NCBI GenBank assembly: GCA_051117555.1
Contig: JBNPEG010000013.1
Span: 1 to 64,000, forward strand
Source of the DNA: Elainellaceae cyanobacterium
GTDB lineage: Bacteria > Cyanobacteriota > Cyanobacteriia > CAZCXK01
Reading direction: 5' to 3'
Length of the DNA: 64,000 nucleotides
This document shows positions 18,769 to 28,385 of this stretch, piece by piece. The translations under genes and the position numbers were made by a program. Position 1 is the first letter of the stretch; every line of letters begins with the position of its first letter. Below the pieces are notes generated by a model. That model saw only the letters and a list, made by a program, of their open reading frames with translations, was not told where the DNA came from and did no database searches.

Positions 18769-19200
18769 GTGAATGCAGCTGAACAAGCAAAAAGTGTTGA
18801 GATCGCTAGCAAGATTGCATCGATTGTGAATCAGTTTAAGGCAGACTTTCCGGATGTTAGAGCTGACTTAAAGCCCTGGGCAAACGATCAAGACACGCGA
18901 GAACTGGTAGATCCGAATTCGATTGATATTGGATTTCACTTTCCAGGGGTGAGTCGACGCTTTCACTGCCGCAGTCTGCTGGTTCAGATTCGTTTTCATG
19001 GTGACCCAGTTTCACAGACCTATCGAGCGATTGGCATTGAAATAGCAGGATTCGACCATCGCGGTAAGCAATGGCAGCTTTCGACGATTGGACGCTGGCA
19101 CTGTGAGGGAGAATCACCCCCCATTGCTGAGGTGTCAGACAAACTGAAAGATTTTTGTCGCTATGTCTTTGAGCTTTTTAATTCAGACATGCACGCCTAA
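18769..19200 (+). CDS. Conserved cyanobacterial hypothetical protein
   Basis: (V/M)NAAEQA…ADLKPW…DPNSIDIGFHFPG. Likely GTG start. Confidence 0.75.
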   Translation: MNAAEQAKSVEIASKIASIVNQFKADFPDVRADLKPWANDQDTRELVDPNSIDIGFHFPGVSRRFHCRSLLVQIRFHGDPVSQTYRAIGIEIAGFDHRGKQWQLSTIGRWHCEGESPPIAEVSDKLKDFCRYVFELFNSDMHA

Positions 19201-19249
19201 TGGTTGGAATTTGGCAACGATGTTTATCGAACGATTCCCTTAAGACGGA

Positions 19250-21517
19250 TCAAAACCGAATCTGAAATAATCGCCCGCCTGATGTCCCCTCATTGACGAT
19301 GAACATAAGATTTTGGTCACCGCTATAATCCCAGCGGCGACCTAAGATAAACACTTGCCCTCGTAATGTTTCTCCAGGACGCACGAGTTCATCTGTGCCC
19401 GATAGGGAGACTCGCGATTGCACATTATGCCCTCGAGTATCTTGTACGCGAGCAAATAATGGAACAAACCCAAATGGGCGATCGCTTTCATTTTTGATGA
19501 TCAAATTGGTGACATATGATCCACTGCGATTGATATAGGCTCCGTCAAGGCTAATCTGCACGCCACTTGTAGCCTGCGTAGCTGTTAGCGCAACTCGCCC
19601 TGATTCGGCCCATCTAGACTCAGAGGGACGATTCCAGCTAATGGAGGAGGAGGGAGGCACATTGGACGATCTACTAGACCCCGATGATGGAGATGCGACG
19701 GGCGATCGCGCGGATGATGACTCAGAGGAGCGATTACTAACCGGAATCTGTGCCGGAATCTGTGCCGGAATCTGTGATTGAGTGCTTACCTCATCTGGTT
19801 TGGTCTGAGACGAAAAAGGCAAGCTAGATGGTTGCTTAGCGGTCTCTGTAGAGTGGATGACACTCATGGGCAGCGGTGATGATTTAGCGGTAGTCGAGCC
19901 GGATAATTCCTGTTTGGCAATCAGCTCTTCCATGACTTCGAGTTTAGAACGATAGTCTTGCGATCGCTGTTTAACCTGGTCGGCAAGCAGCGAATTGTCG
20001 GGAATTGCCTGCAACAGAGTCAAAGCAGCATTCCACTGATCGCGAGCGGCCTTATAATCGCGAAGCGATTCTGCAACTTGAGTAAGATTTGTGGCAGAAC
20101 GAGCCGCTGATTCAGCCCTCTCCAATAACGATGATGCTTGGGTTTCTCTCTCTAAGCGGATGTCTAGTTCGTTGAGTTCGCTCTGGTATTGAACTAGGAT
20201 GGCTTGAGCCTGCTCGTAGGTGTCAGCCTCTTGAGGAATAATGCTTAGCTTGAGGGTCGCCTGGTGGAGGCGATCGCGGGCGTGTTGCAATGTTGCCAAG
20301 CTAGATGCTCGTTGCGCCAAATTTTGAGCCGCCTCGCCTTGTTCGGTGGCCTGCTGATATTGATCTGAATAGTCCTGAATGTCGATGCAGGCAGAAAATG
20401 CGTCACAGACGGGGGATGTAAAGACAAGACGCAGCCCGCCTAGCAGTGCTCCTGCGCTAACCAACGTCACAATACCGACGCGCCAAGCATGCTGGCGAAG
20501 CGTTCTAACCTGTGCGATCGCGGCCTGCGTCGACGAAAAATTTAGGAGCTGCTTTGCACGAGGATGATGCTTGACGGAGTCAACCATCGCATTTAAGCGT
20601 GGCGATTTAACACTACTCAATGGGTGCCAAGCAGGCTGAATAAATGGCTGGGGTTGGCTCAATCGAGATAAATCAGTCATCACCGCTTGAGCAGATGGAT
20701 AGCGGTTTTGAGGCTTTTCTGCCATCATTTGGCTTAGGATACGCCCAAAACGCGCGTCAATGCTCACTAATGATCGCCACTTCCATTCCAGTGTGTCAGG
20801 GTTAATCAACTGACTGGGCGATTTGCCCGTCAATAAGACCACCGCAGTCACCGCAAGAGAATATAGATCACTGCTTGGAGAACACTGCCCCATCCGCAAT
20901 TGCTCGTTGGGGGAATAGCCAAATTTGCCCACCGCGACCGAGGCTTGAATACTTAGCTCAGATGAGGCTGTATGGGCAAGATTGCGCTGAGTGTCCACTT
21001 GCTTAACGACACCAAAGTCAATGAGCACTGGCAATATTTCTCCTTTGGGCAACATGATGTTGTCTGGGGAAATATCGCGATGGAGAATTTTGCGATCGTG
21101 AATATACGCCAACACGGGTAGGAGAGCCTTTAACCAATCGATCACTTCTACTTCAGTGAAGGCATATCCTTGTCGCTGACGGGCTTTAAGCAAATTCCAA
21201 TAGGTTTGACCATCGACGTATTCTTGGACTAAAAACAGTCGATGAGCGCTTTCAAACCAAGCTAAGAACTTGGGTATTTGCGGATGGTCGAGCTGATGGA
21301 GAATGGTTGCTTCGCGGCGGAACAGTTCCCGTCTCTTGCTGACATAGAACAGATCAAAGCGATCGCTAGCCCGAAATTCTTTTAAGACACACCGTTCGCC
21401 AAAACGTCGTTCATCGGTCGCTAGATAGGTGCGCCCAAATGCCCCTTTGCCAAGGAGCCGCAAAATCCGGTAACGATCATCGATGAGTGTACCAAGTGGT
21501 ATTCCCAATCCTGCCAT
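19250..21517 (-). CDS. Membrane-anchored Hanks-type Ser/Thr protein kinase
   Basis: LGKGAFGRTY, VLKE, HRDISPDNI, IDFG, SDLYSL motifs, then a TM segment, helical repeats and a Ser-rich linker. Confidence 0.93.
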   Translation of the reverse strand: MAGLGIPLGTLIDDRYRILRLLGKGAFGRTYLATDERRFGERCVLKEFRASDRFDLFYVSKRRELFRREATILHQLDHPQIPKFLAWFESAHRLFLVQEYVDGQTYWNLLKARQRQGYAFTEVEVIDWLKALLPVLAYIHDRKILHRDISPDNIMLPKGEILPVLIDFGVVKQVDTQRNLAHTASSELSIQASVAVGKFGYSPNEQLRMGQCSPSSDLYSLAVTAVVLLTGKSPSQLINPDTLEWKWRSLVSIDARFGRILSQMMAEKPQNRYPSAQAVMTDLSRLSQPQPFIQPAWHPLSSVKSPRLNAMVDSVKHHPRAKQLLNFSSTQAAIAQVRTLRQHAWRVGIVTLVSAGALLGGLRLVFTSPVCDAFSACIDIQDYSDQYQQATEQGEAAQNLAQRASSLATLQHARDRLHQATLKLSIIPQEADTYEQAQAILVQYQSELNELDIRLERETQASSLLERAESAARSATNLTQVAESLRDYKAARDQWNAALTLLQAIPDNSLLADQVKQRSQDYRSKLEVMEELIAKQELSGSTTAKSSPLPMSVIHSTETAKQPSSLPFSSQTKPDEVSTQSQIPAQIPAQIPVSNRSSESSSARSPVASPSSGSSRSSNVPPSSSISWNRPSESRWAESGRVALTATQATSGVQISLDGAYINRSGSYVTNLIIKNESDRPFGFVPLFARVQDTRGHNVQSRVSLSGTDELVRPGETLRGQVFILGRRWDYSGDQNLMFIVNEGTSGGRLFQIRF

Positions 21518-21638
21518 CAAGACCTATCCCATGAGCGTAGATGCAACCTTAGTATATATACCCAGATTGGGGAGTTTGCCTAGAGAGCTAGCACCCCCCA
21601 TTTGAGGGTCGTAGCGTCCAACGAAATCGAGCGTGATC

Positions 21639-22424
21639 TCACGTTGAGGGCGATCGATTCAATTTGGCCGCTGTTCGTAGGATTTGACCCGCTAAAACGG
21701 CAGCCCCAAATCCATTATCAATATTCACCACACCAATCCCTGCTGCGCAAGAATTTAGCATCGTTAATAAAGGAGCAAGGCCATTAAAACTGGCTCCATA
21801 TCCGACACTCGTTGGAACTGCAATCACGGGGCAAGGGGCTAGTCCGGCGACAACGCTGGGGAGTGCACCCTCCATGCCCGCCACAACAATCAACACATCC
21901 GCTTCGTAAATTAAATGGCGATTATTGAGGAGGCGATGGATGCCCGCGACGCCGACATCCCAAAGACGTTTGACCTGAAAACCAGATAACTCAGCCGTAA
22001 CAGCCGATTCTTCTGCAACAGAAAGATCTGCTGTCCCTGCTGAAATTAGCGTAATCGTGCCAGGATGCTGGGGCTGAAAATCAAAGGGCACGATCGCACA
22101 AATTCGCGCTGACTCGTAATATTTAACATCGGAAACGTGCGATCGCACCGCTTGATAAACGTTCTGTTCGATGCGGGTTGCCATTACAACCGGGTGATGT
22201 TGACGCAGAGTTTGGATGAGTTGGGCAATTTGCTCAGGCGTCTTTCCGGGCCCCCAAATCACTTCGGGGAAACCAGTTCGGAGCGATCGATGATGATCAA
22301 CATGGGCAAATTCACCCACGGGCTCAAAATTCAAGTATTTTAATTTTTCCAGAGCGGTATCTGGGCTCACTTGACCTTGAGCAACCGAGTGAAGCAGATG
22401 CTTGAGAGCGTCAGGCTGAGTCAT
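21639..22424 (-). CDS. larB: Nickel-pincer cofactor biosynthesis protein LarB (CpmA-like, AIR-carboxylase fold)
   Basis: DHHRSLRTGFPEVIW, AGTADLSVAEE, DVGVAGIHRL, AGMEGAL, PTSVGYG, VNIDNGFGA. Confidence 0.92.
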   Translation of the reverse strand: MTQPDALKHLLHSVAQGQVSPDTALEKLKYLNFEPVGEFAHVDHHRSLRTGFPEVIWGPGKTPEQIAQLIQTLRQHHPVVMATRIEQNVYQAVRSHVSDVKYYESARICAIVPFDFQPQHPGTITLISAGTADLSVAEESAVTAELSGFQVKRLWDVGVAGIHRLLNNRHLIYEADVLIVVAGMEGALPSVVAGLAPCPVIAVPTSVGYGASFNGLAPLLTMLNSCAAGIGVVNIDNGFGAAVLAGQILRTAAKLNRSPST

Positions 22425-22500
22425 GGGAATAGGGGTGGATGGGAATAGGGGTGGATGGGAATAGGGGTGGATGGGTGGATGGGTGGATGGGTGGATGGGT
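22423..22500. repeat. Short tandem repeats: (ATGGGAATAGGGGTGG)x3 followed by (ATGGGTGG)x3.75
   Basis: Read directly. Abuts the larB start codon. Confidence 0.95.
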
Positions 22501-22535
22501 CGTTAAATCACAGAGTATACAATCAGAGAGCGTTT

Positions 22536-22660
22536 AGATTTTCGTGTAAGTGCGACCGTCCTCGGTCGTATGTTCCTTACAAGGTGTTCCTTATGCGGTG
22601 TTCCTTAACGGTAGGGTCGCCGAGATGCTATGTTCCACATTGCCAGGGCAAACGCACTTA
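22536..22660 (+). repeat. Dispersed repeat, copy 2, with internal triplication of TGTTCCTTA(N5)
   Basis: Matches 14862-14958 inverted. Ends TAAGTGCG…CGCACTTA. Confidence 0.85.
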
Positions 22661-22693
22661 ATTACACAAAATTCAGAACACACCCTCACTCCC

Positions 22694-24508
22694 TCACTTT
22701 CCCTCGTCTACTTTAATTTCTTCAATGTTCCATAAGCCCCAGCTAGGTAAGCCAGAATATTTAAGTCCCTGGAGGCGATCGCGCGATGCCATCATGGCTA
22801 ATCCATTTATTAGATGAATAACGGGTAACTGTTCTTGAACGATGCGCTGAAAATCAGCATAAATGATTTTCCGTTTGGCTTCATCGAGTTCACGCGCTCC
22901 TTGCTTAAAGAGTTGGTCGATGGCCTGTTCCCATTCACTGACAACCCATTCTGTGACGGCGGGTTTACCCGGCTGCGGACCCAGATTAAACAGATGTGAT
23001 CCTCCAGTGCTCATCCAAAGATTTGCGCCTTCGTGGGGTTCGACTCCGCCTGTAAAGCCGATTAACAGGCTTTCCCATTCACGAGTGGTCAATACGTTAG
23101 CCACCAGCGTATTAAAGCTGATCGGGTTGAAGCTGACGCGAATTCCAATATCAGCCAAGTTTGATTTAATTTGAGAGCCGACTCCTTCTCGCACCTCGTT
23201 TCCAGAATTGGTATTTAACACAAATTCAACCGGGTTATTATCTGCATCGAGCAAACGACCCGTCAAATCATATTGAAACCCTGCTGATATCAGCAAGTCT
23301 TTTGCTTTGTCGATGCTGTAGTCATAGACTGGCAATCCCTCATCGGGAGATAGGTAGTATGGACTTTGAACTGAAATCGGTGAATGTTGAAGGTCGCCAA
23401 TGCCTCGGAAAATATTGTTAATCAGACGCGGGCGATCGATGGCATAGGCAACGGCTTGCCGAAATTCTAACGTGTTAAACCATCGAGACTTGACCGGATC
23501 AACGAGCGATCGCCCGTTTTCATTACTGCCTCGATTCAGGTTAAACGAAAGAAACAGCGTACTTGAGCGAGGCCCTCCAATATGGATCGTAAAGTCACCG
23601 CGTTCTTCTTCTCGTTTTAACAACGAAAAGTCTTCAGGACGGAGAGCCCCTGCATCTCCAAGGGCATCGAGTTCTCCAGATCGAAACCGCAGAAGCTGCG
23701 TGTCATCTGACTCTAAAAACTGCCAAATAATCCGATCGACGTAGGGAAACTGCTGCCCTTGAGGGTCTTGTTTCCAATAATATGGATTGCGGCGAAAGAT
23801 GAGGCGCTGTGCTGGAACATAGCGTTCCATTTTATACGGTCCATTCACAATGATTTGGTCTGGAGGGGTATCGGTCCCCCACGTGGAAATAAACGCCGGA
23901 TTGCCATCCGCATCTAGCGTGTTGACTGCATCTTGAAGCACGTGCTGCGGAAGAATATTGACTCCATTGGGCCCGGCAACTGCTCTCAACAGCGGGGCAA
24001 ACGGTTCTGGCAAGACAAATTCAATTTGGCGATCGCCCCGTTTGAGCACCTGCGGAAACAAGCGCTGTTCACCAATGCGAAAGGCATCTTTGGCATCCGT
24101 CGGAATCGCTTCATTAAAAACAACATCTTGATAGGTAAACACCACATCGTCTGCTGTGAGCGATTCCCCATCCGACCAGCGCAGCCCCTCCCGAAGCGTA
24201 AATATTACCCGTTGCTGATCGTCAGAAAATTCCCACGATTCGGCTAACGACGGCTCAATTGCTCCGGTCACGCCGTTTTCTTCAGTCAGCCCTCGGAAGC
24301 AAAATAGAAAAATATTCGGAAACTGCTGCCGCAATGCCGCATTGAACGTTTTCGGATCGCTGAGCGACGTTAGCACGAGTTGCGACCCATCAGCCACCGC
24401 TGTTGTTGGAGTCGAAAGGCGGCATCCTTCCAGCACGCCAGTTAACAGAATAGGAAGAATTAAGCCAATGAGCCAGCGTTGGACTAAGCGGATTCGGTAA
24501 AACGGCAT
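22694..24508 (-). CDS. ABC transporter substrate-binding lipoprotein, family 5 (paralog 4)
   Basis: Lipobox VLEGC, SDPKTFN, LAESWE…LREGLRWSDGE, NGPY, RNPYYW, FRQAVAYAIDR. Confidence 0.93.
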   Translation of the reverse strand: MPFYRIRLVQRWLIGLILPILLTGVLEGCRLSTPTTAVADGSQLVLTSLSDPKTFNAALRQQFPNIFLFCFRGLTEENGVTGAIEPSLAESWEFSDDQQRVIFTLREGLRWSDGESLTADDVVFTYQDVVFNEAIPTDAKDAFRIGEQRLFPQVLKRGDRQIEFVLPEPFAPLLRAVAGPNGVNILPQHVLQDAVNTLDADGNPAFISTWGTDTPPDQIIVNGPYKMERYVPAQRLIFRRNPYYWKQDPQGQQFPYVDRIIWQFLESDDTQLLRFRSGELDALGDAGALRPEDFSLLKREEERGDFTIHIGGPRSSTLFLSFNLNRGSNENGRSLVDPVKSRWFNTLEFRQAVAYAIDRPRLINNIFRGIGDLQHSPISVQSPYYLSPDEGLPVYDYSIDKAKDLLISAGFQYDLTGRLLDADNNPVEFVLNTNSGNEVREGVGSQIKSNLADIGIRVSFNPISFNTLVANVLTTREWESLLIGFTGGVEPHEGANLWMSTGGSHLFNLGPQPGKPAVTEWVVSEWEQAIDQLFKQGARELDEAKRKIIYADFQRIVQEQLPVIHLINGLAMMASRDRLQGLKYSGLPSWGLWNIEEIKVDEGK

Positions 24509-24540
24509 TGTATCAAGACAGCATACAGACTATTCGACTA

Positions 24541-24632
24541 AAGCCCTACGGGCTCAGGTTTGTGTGGTGAACCCGCGCGGCGCGAGAGTTCACCACACGT
24601 TCAGCGTCCTAACGCGAGAGCGTAAGGCTATA
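24541..24632. repeat. ~90-bp MITE-like repeat, copy 2
   Basis: Near-identical to 5815-5904 except in the hairpin loop. Confidence 0.85.
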
Positions 24633-24654
24633 AACAGTGGCTCTGTGTAGGATT

Positions 24655-26436
24655 TTAATCAACCACTTTAATTTCATATACGTTCCACAATACGCTCTCT
24701 AGGTTGGTGTTGCCGAGTGACGAAAATTCTACCCCTTCAAGGCGATCGCGAATCGCAGACATGGTTAATGGATTAATCAAATAAATACAAGGTAGATATT
24801 CTTGTGCCAATTGCTGGGATTGGGCATAAATCTCTTTCCGCTGCTCTTCGTCAAACTCTTGAGCCCCTTCGATGTAAAGCTGCCCGATCTTGGCTTCCCA
24901 ATCGGCAACCACTCGCCCTTCAATGGGAGGCTGCCCCGGCTGGGACGCCAAATTAAACATGTGTAAGCGACCGTCTGGAAGCCAGAAATTTGCGCCCCCG
25001 TGGGGCTCAACTCCGCCCGTAAAGGCGATCAAGACACATTCCCAATCTAGGGTGGTATCGAGCTTATCAATCAGAGTATTAAAGGCAATGGGCTGAAAAT
25101 TGACCTGCATGCCAATTTCACCCAAGTCGCGCTTAATTTGTGCCCCGATCGCGCTGACTGTTTGCCCGCCCGCAGGTACGTTGAGAATGAATTCGACTAG
25201 GTTTCCTTCAGCGTCCAACAATTGTCCCTGAGGATTATATTGGAATCCAGCGCTTTGCAGGAGAGTTTTGGCGCGCTCAGGGTCATGGTCATAGGTCTGA
25301 AGCCCCTCTTCAGGAGACAGGTAATACGGGCTCTGAACTGAGATTGGAGAATGTTGGGGTTCACCAATACCGCGATAGAGATTGTTAATCATGGTTTGGC
25401 GATCGAGCCCATAGGCAACGGCTTGGCGAAATTCAACGGTGTTAAACCATCGGGACTTCACCGGATCGACCAATGGTTGACCGTTTCGACTGCCTTGATT
25501 GAGATTAAACGAGATAAACACGGTCCCCATGGCAGGTTCGCCAATCTCAATGTGAAAATTACTGCGGTCTTCTTCTCGCTTGAGCAAAGAAAAATTGGTG
25601 GGTGAAACGCCAATCGTGTCTAACCCTCCCGATCGAAACTGCATAATCGCCGTATCGGATGACTCAACAATCTCCCAGATGAGCTGCTCTACATAGGGCA
25701 ACGAATTGCCTTGAGCGTCTTTGCGCCAGTAGTAAGGATTGCGATCAAATACGACGCGCTGATTGGGAGAATAGCTAGAGATGACATACGGACCGCTACA
25801 CACGATTTGACGAGGGTCAGTATCGGTTCCCCAGGTGGTAAGAAAGCGAGGGTCGCCATCCGATCCGGTGTTGACGACCGACTCATAAAGCGCATGCTTA
25901 GGGATGATGGCAATGCCACCGCTAAATCGCAGCAAGGGGGCAAAGGGTTCTGGTGCGATGAACTGAACTCTGCGCTCGTCAACCTGACGCACTTCAGGCA
26001 ACACGCCGCTCTCTCCGATTCGCAGAATGTCGCGGGTGCTCGTCGGGATGGCTTCATTGAAGATGACGTCGTTATATGTAAAGAGAATATCCTCCACGGT
26101 CAGAGGCTCTCCGTCTGACCACTTCAGTCCCTCACGCAGGGTATAGGTAATTCGCAGCCCGTCGTCGGAGATGTCCCATGATTCTGCCAGTTCAGGGACG
26201 AGCTCTCCGGTTATTCCATCTTGCTGGAGCAGAGCGTTATAGGTTAACCCAAATACGTTGGGTGATTCTTCGCTGAGGATGTAGTTAAATGTTTTGGGGT
26301 CGGTGGTCACTGCAACCACAATCCGGCTAATTTCGGCTGCTTCAGTGCGATACAACACAGACTCGCAGCCTCCAGTGGCGATCGCCATCAGCACTGCTAG
26401 CCCCACCAACAAAAGCCTGCGGAATCGTCTAACCAT
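24655..26436 (-). CDS. ABC transporter substrate-binding lipoprotein, family 5 (paralog 3)
   Basis: Lipobox ATGGC, TDPKTFN, LREGLKWSDGE, FRQAVAYGLDR. Confidence 0.93.
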   Translation of the reverse strand: MVRRFRRLLLVGLAVLMAIATGGCESVLYRTEAAEISRIVVAVTTDPKTFNYILSEESPNVFGLTYNALLQQDGITGELVPELAESWDISDDGLRITYTLREGLKWSDGEPLTVEDILFTYNDVIFNEAIPTSTRDILRIGESGVLPEVRQVDERRVQFIAPEPFAPLLRFSGGIAIIPKHALYESVVNTGSDGDPRFLTTWGTDTDPRQIVCSGPYVISSYSPNQRVVFDRNPYYWRKDAQGNSLPYVEQLIWEIVESSDTAIMQFRSGGLDTIGVSPTNFSLLKREEDRSNFHIEIGEPAMGTVFISFNLNQGSRNGQPLVDPVKSRWFNTVEFRQAVAYGLDRQTMINNLYRGIGEPQHSPISVQSPYYLSPEEGLQTYDHDPERAKTLLQSAGFQYNPQGQLLDAEGNLVEFILNVPAGGQTVSAIGAQIKRDLGEIGMQVNFQPIAFNTLIDKLDTTLDWECVLIAFTGGVEPHGGANFWLPDGRLHMFNLASQPGQPPIEGRVVADWEAKIGQLYIEGAQEFDEEQRKEIYAQSQQLAQEYLPCIYLINPLTMSAIRDRLEGVEFSSLGNTNLESVLWNVYEIKVVD

Positions 26437-26537
26437 AGTGAATTAACCTAAACGAGACGTATCTAAAATCATGACTCAGATTATCAACAGGGATTTCTGA
26501 GATCTTAAGTCAGATTTGAGAATTCCTGCGGAGAGGT

Positions 26538-28385
26538 TTACTCAAGGCGCAACTCATACACATTCCAAAACAGCTTTCCTAACGCTGAATATTGAACGTC
26601 CTTGATTCGATTGCGAATCGCACCGAGCGCTAGCGGATTCACTAAATGAATGAACGGCACATAATCCTGAATGAGCTGTTGCGCGTCTGCATAAATTTCT
26701 TTTCGTTTGTCTTCATCCAGTTCTTGAGACCCCGCAATATAGAGCCTACCGATTTCAGCTTCCCAGTCCGTAACCTCTCGCCCCACCACCGAATCATCGT
26801 CGGATTTTAGATTGAAGTCATGAAATTGCCCGTCTGGAAGCCAGGTTGAAGCTCCACTATGGGGTTCGATGTCATCGGTGAAGCCAAGCACCTGAGCTTC
26901 CCAGTCCATCGTGGTCGTAATTTTGTCGACCAGCGTGTTAAACGTCATGGGTTGAAAATCAACCTGAATGCCGATGCGCGCCAAATCATATTTAATCTGG
27001 GAGCCTATGGATTCCCGGATTCGGTTGCCGGAGTTGGTTATTAGGGTAAATCTAACGCGATTCCCCTCGGCATCGAGTAATCGATTGTCGGCGTCATAGT
27101 AAAAGCCTGCTCCTCTCAGCAGGTCTTTGGATTTTTCGACGTTGTAGCGATAGACCTTTAGGCCATCGTCCGGTGAAAGATAGTATGGGCTCTGAGAGGA
27201 AATGGGGGAATCTTGAAATTCTCCCAATCCTCGAAAAACGTTGTTAATCATTGTCTGGCGGTCGATTGAATGGGCGATCGCCTGTCTAAACGCCACGGTA
27301 TTAAACCAGGCCGATTTGATTGGGTCAATCAGCGGCTCTCCGGTGTCTCGCCGCCGCCCCTTATTGAGGTTAAACGTGAGATAACTGGTGCTAATCGTCG
27401 GCCCTCCGTTATAAATCGTGAAGTCGCCTCGTCGTTCTTCTCGCTTCAGCAGAGAAAAATTTTCTGGACTGACTCCGACGACATCGAGCCCGCCCGATCG
27501 AAACTGCAACAGGGCATTGTCGGTTGATTCAACAATTTGTCGAATGATTCGCTCGACATAGGGCATGGCTTGATTTTGGTCGTCTGTTCGCCAATAGTAA
27601 GGATTGCGCCGAAAGATAACCCGCTGGCTCGGTTCGTACGTTTCGATCAGGTAGGGGCCATTGGTGACAATGTTGGCGGGGTTGGTGTCAGTGCCCCAGG
27701 TCGATAAAAACTCTGGGTTCCCTTCAGTATCTTGGGCCTCCACGTAGGGCTCAAGTGCGTGTTTCGGAACGATTGGCGTCTCTCCGGCTGCGCTAAGAAA
27801 CGGGGCAAAGGGTTCAGGCACGGTAAATTCAACTTGGCGATCGCTCAGTTGTGTCACGGTTGGAAACGCTCTCGATTCTCCGATTCTCATCACATCGCGG
27901 AGCGTATTAGGAATGTTCTCGTTAAAGTAAACCGAGTTAAACGTAAACACGACATCCTCAACGGTGAGCGGCTCGCCATCTGACCAGCGCAACCCATCTC
28001 TGAGGGTAAAGACAATGCGGAGGCGATCGTCTGAAACCTCCCAAGATTCTGCTAATTCGGGTTCGAGTTCTCCGGTCATTCCATGTTGGCTCAGCATGCC
28101 GACATAGGTTAAATCGAAGACGTTTGGATATTCCTCATTGAGAACGACATTAAACGTCTTTGGGTCGCTCAAAAAACTATCGACAATACGCGGCACTTGG
28201 GCCGCTTCGGTGCTAAACCAGCTTGGGCTACAGCTTCCGAGGGCGATCGCCAATCCAGCCGCCACCATAAAACCAGCCAGCCGAACTGCTCGAAGCGAGC
28301 GAATCAACCCATTGACCCGACGTAGTGAAGGCAGCCTTGATTGACGAAACTTAGTCGACTTCAGCAATTTCCAACTCATAAACAT
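26538..28385 (-). CDS. ABC transporter substrate-binding lipoprotein, family 5 (paralog 2); true start probably downstream of 28385
   Basis: Lipobox ALGSC, SDPKTFN, LRDGLRWSDGE, FRQAIAHSIDR. Confidence 0.9.
   Translation of the reverse strand: MFMSWKLLKSTKFRQSRLPSLRRVNGLIRSLRAVRLAGFMVAAGLAIALGSCSPSWFSTEAAQVPRIVDSFLSDPKTFNVVLNEEYPNVFDLTYVGMLSQHGMTGELEPELAESWEVSDDRLRIVFTLRDGLRWSDGEPLTVEDVVFTFNSVYFNENIPNTLRDVMRIGESRAFPTVTQLSDRQVEFTVPEPFAPFLSAAGETPIVPKHALEPYVEAQDTEGNPEFLSTWGTDTNPANIVTNGPYLIETYEPSQRVIFRRNPYYWRTDDQNQAMPYVERIIRQIVESTDNALLQFRSGGLDVVGVSPENFSLLKREERRGDFTIYNGGPTISTSYLTFNLNKGRRRDTGEPLIDPIKSAWFNTVAFRQAIAHSIDRQTMINNVFRGLGEFQDSPISSQSPYYLSPDDGLKVYRYNVEKSKDLLRGAGFYYDADNRLLDAEGNRVRFTLITNSGNRIRESIGSQIKYDLARIGIQVDFQPMTFNTLVDKITTTMDWEAQVLGFTDDIEPHSGASTWLPDGQFHDFNLKSDDDSVVGREVTDWEAEIGRLYIAGSQELDEDKRKEIYADAQQLIQDYVPFIHLVNPLALGAIRNRIKDVQYSALGKLFWNVYELRLE

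Noticed and set aside
19740..19776. 12-bp x3 repeat (QIPA) in the kinase
   Set aside because: Ordinary low-complexity linker expansion.
22560..22612. TGTTCCTTA repeats with short variable spacers as a mini-CRISPR
   Set aside because: The 9-bp repeats and 5-bp spacers are far too short, there are no cas genes, and the repeats are part of a dispersed element.
22455..22735. ORFs 22455..22661 and 22550..22735
   Set aside because: They are translations of tandem and dispersed repeats.
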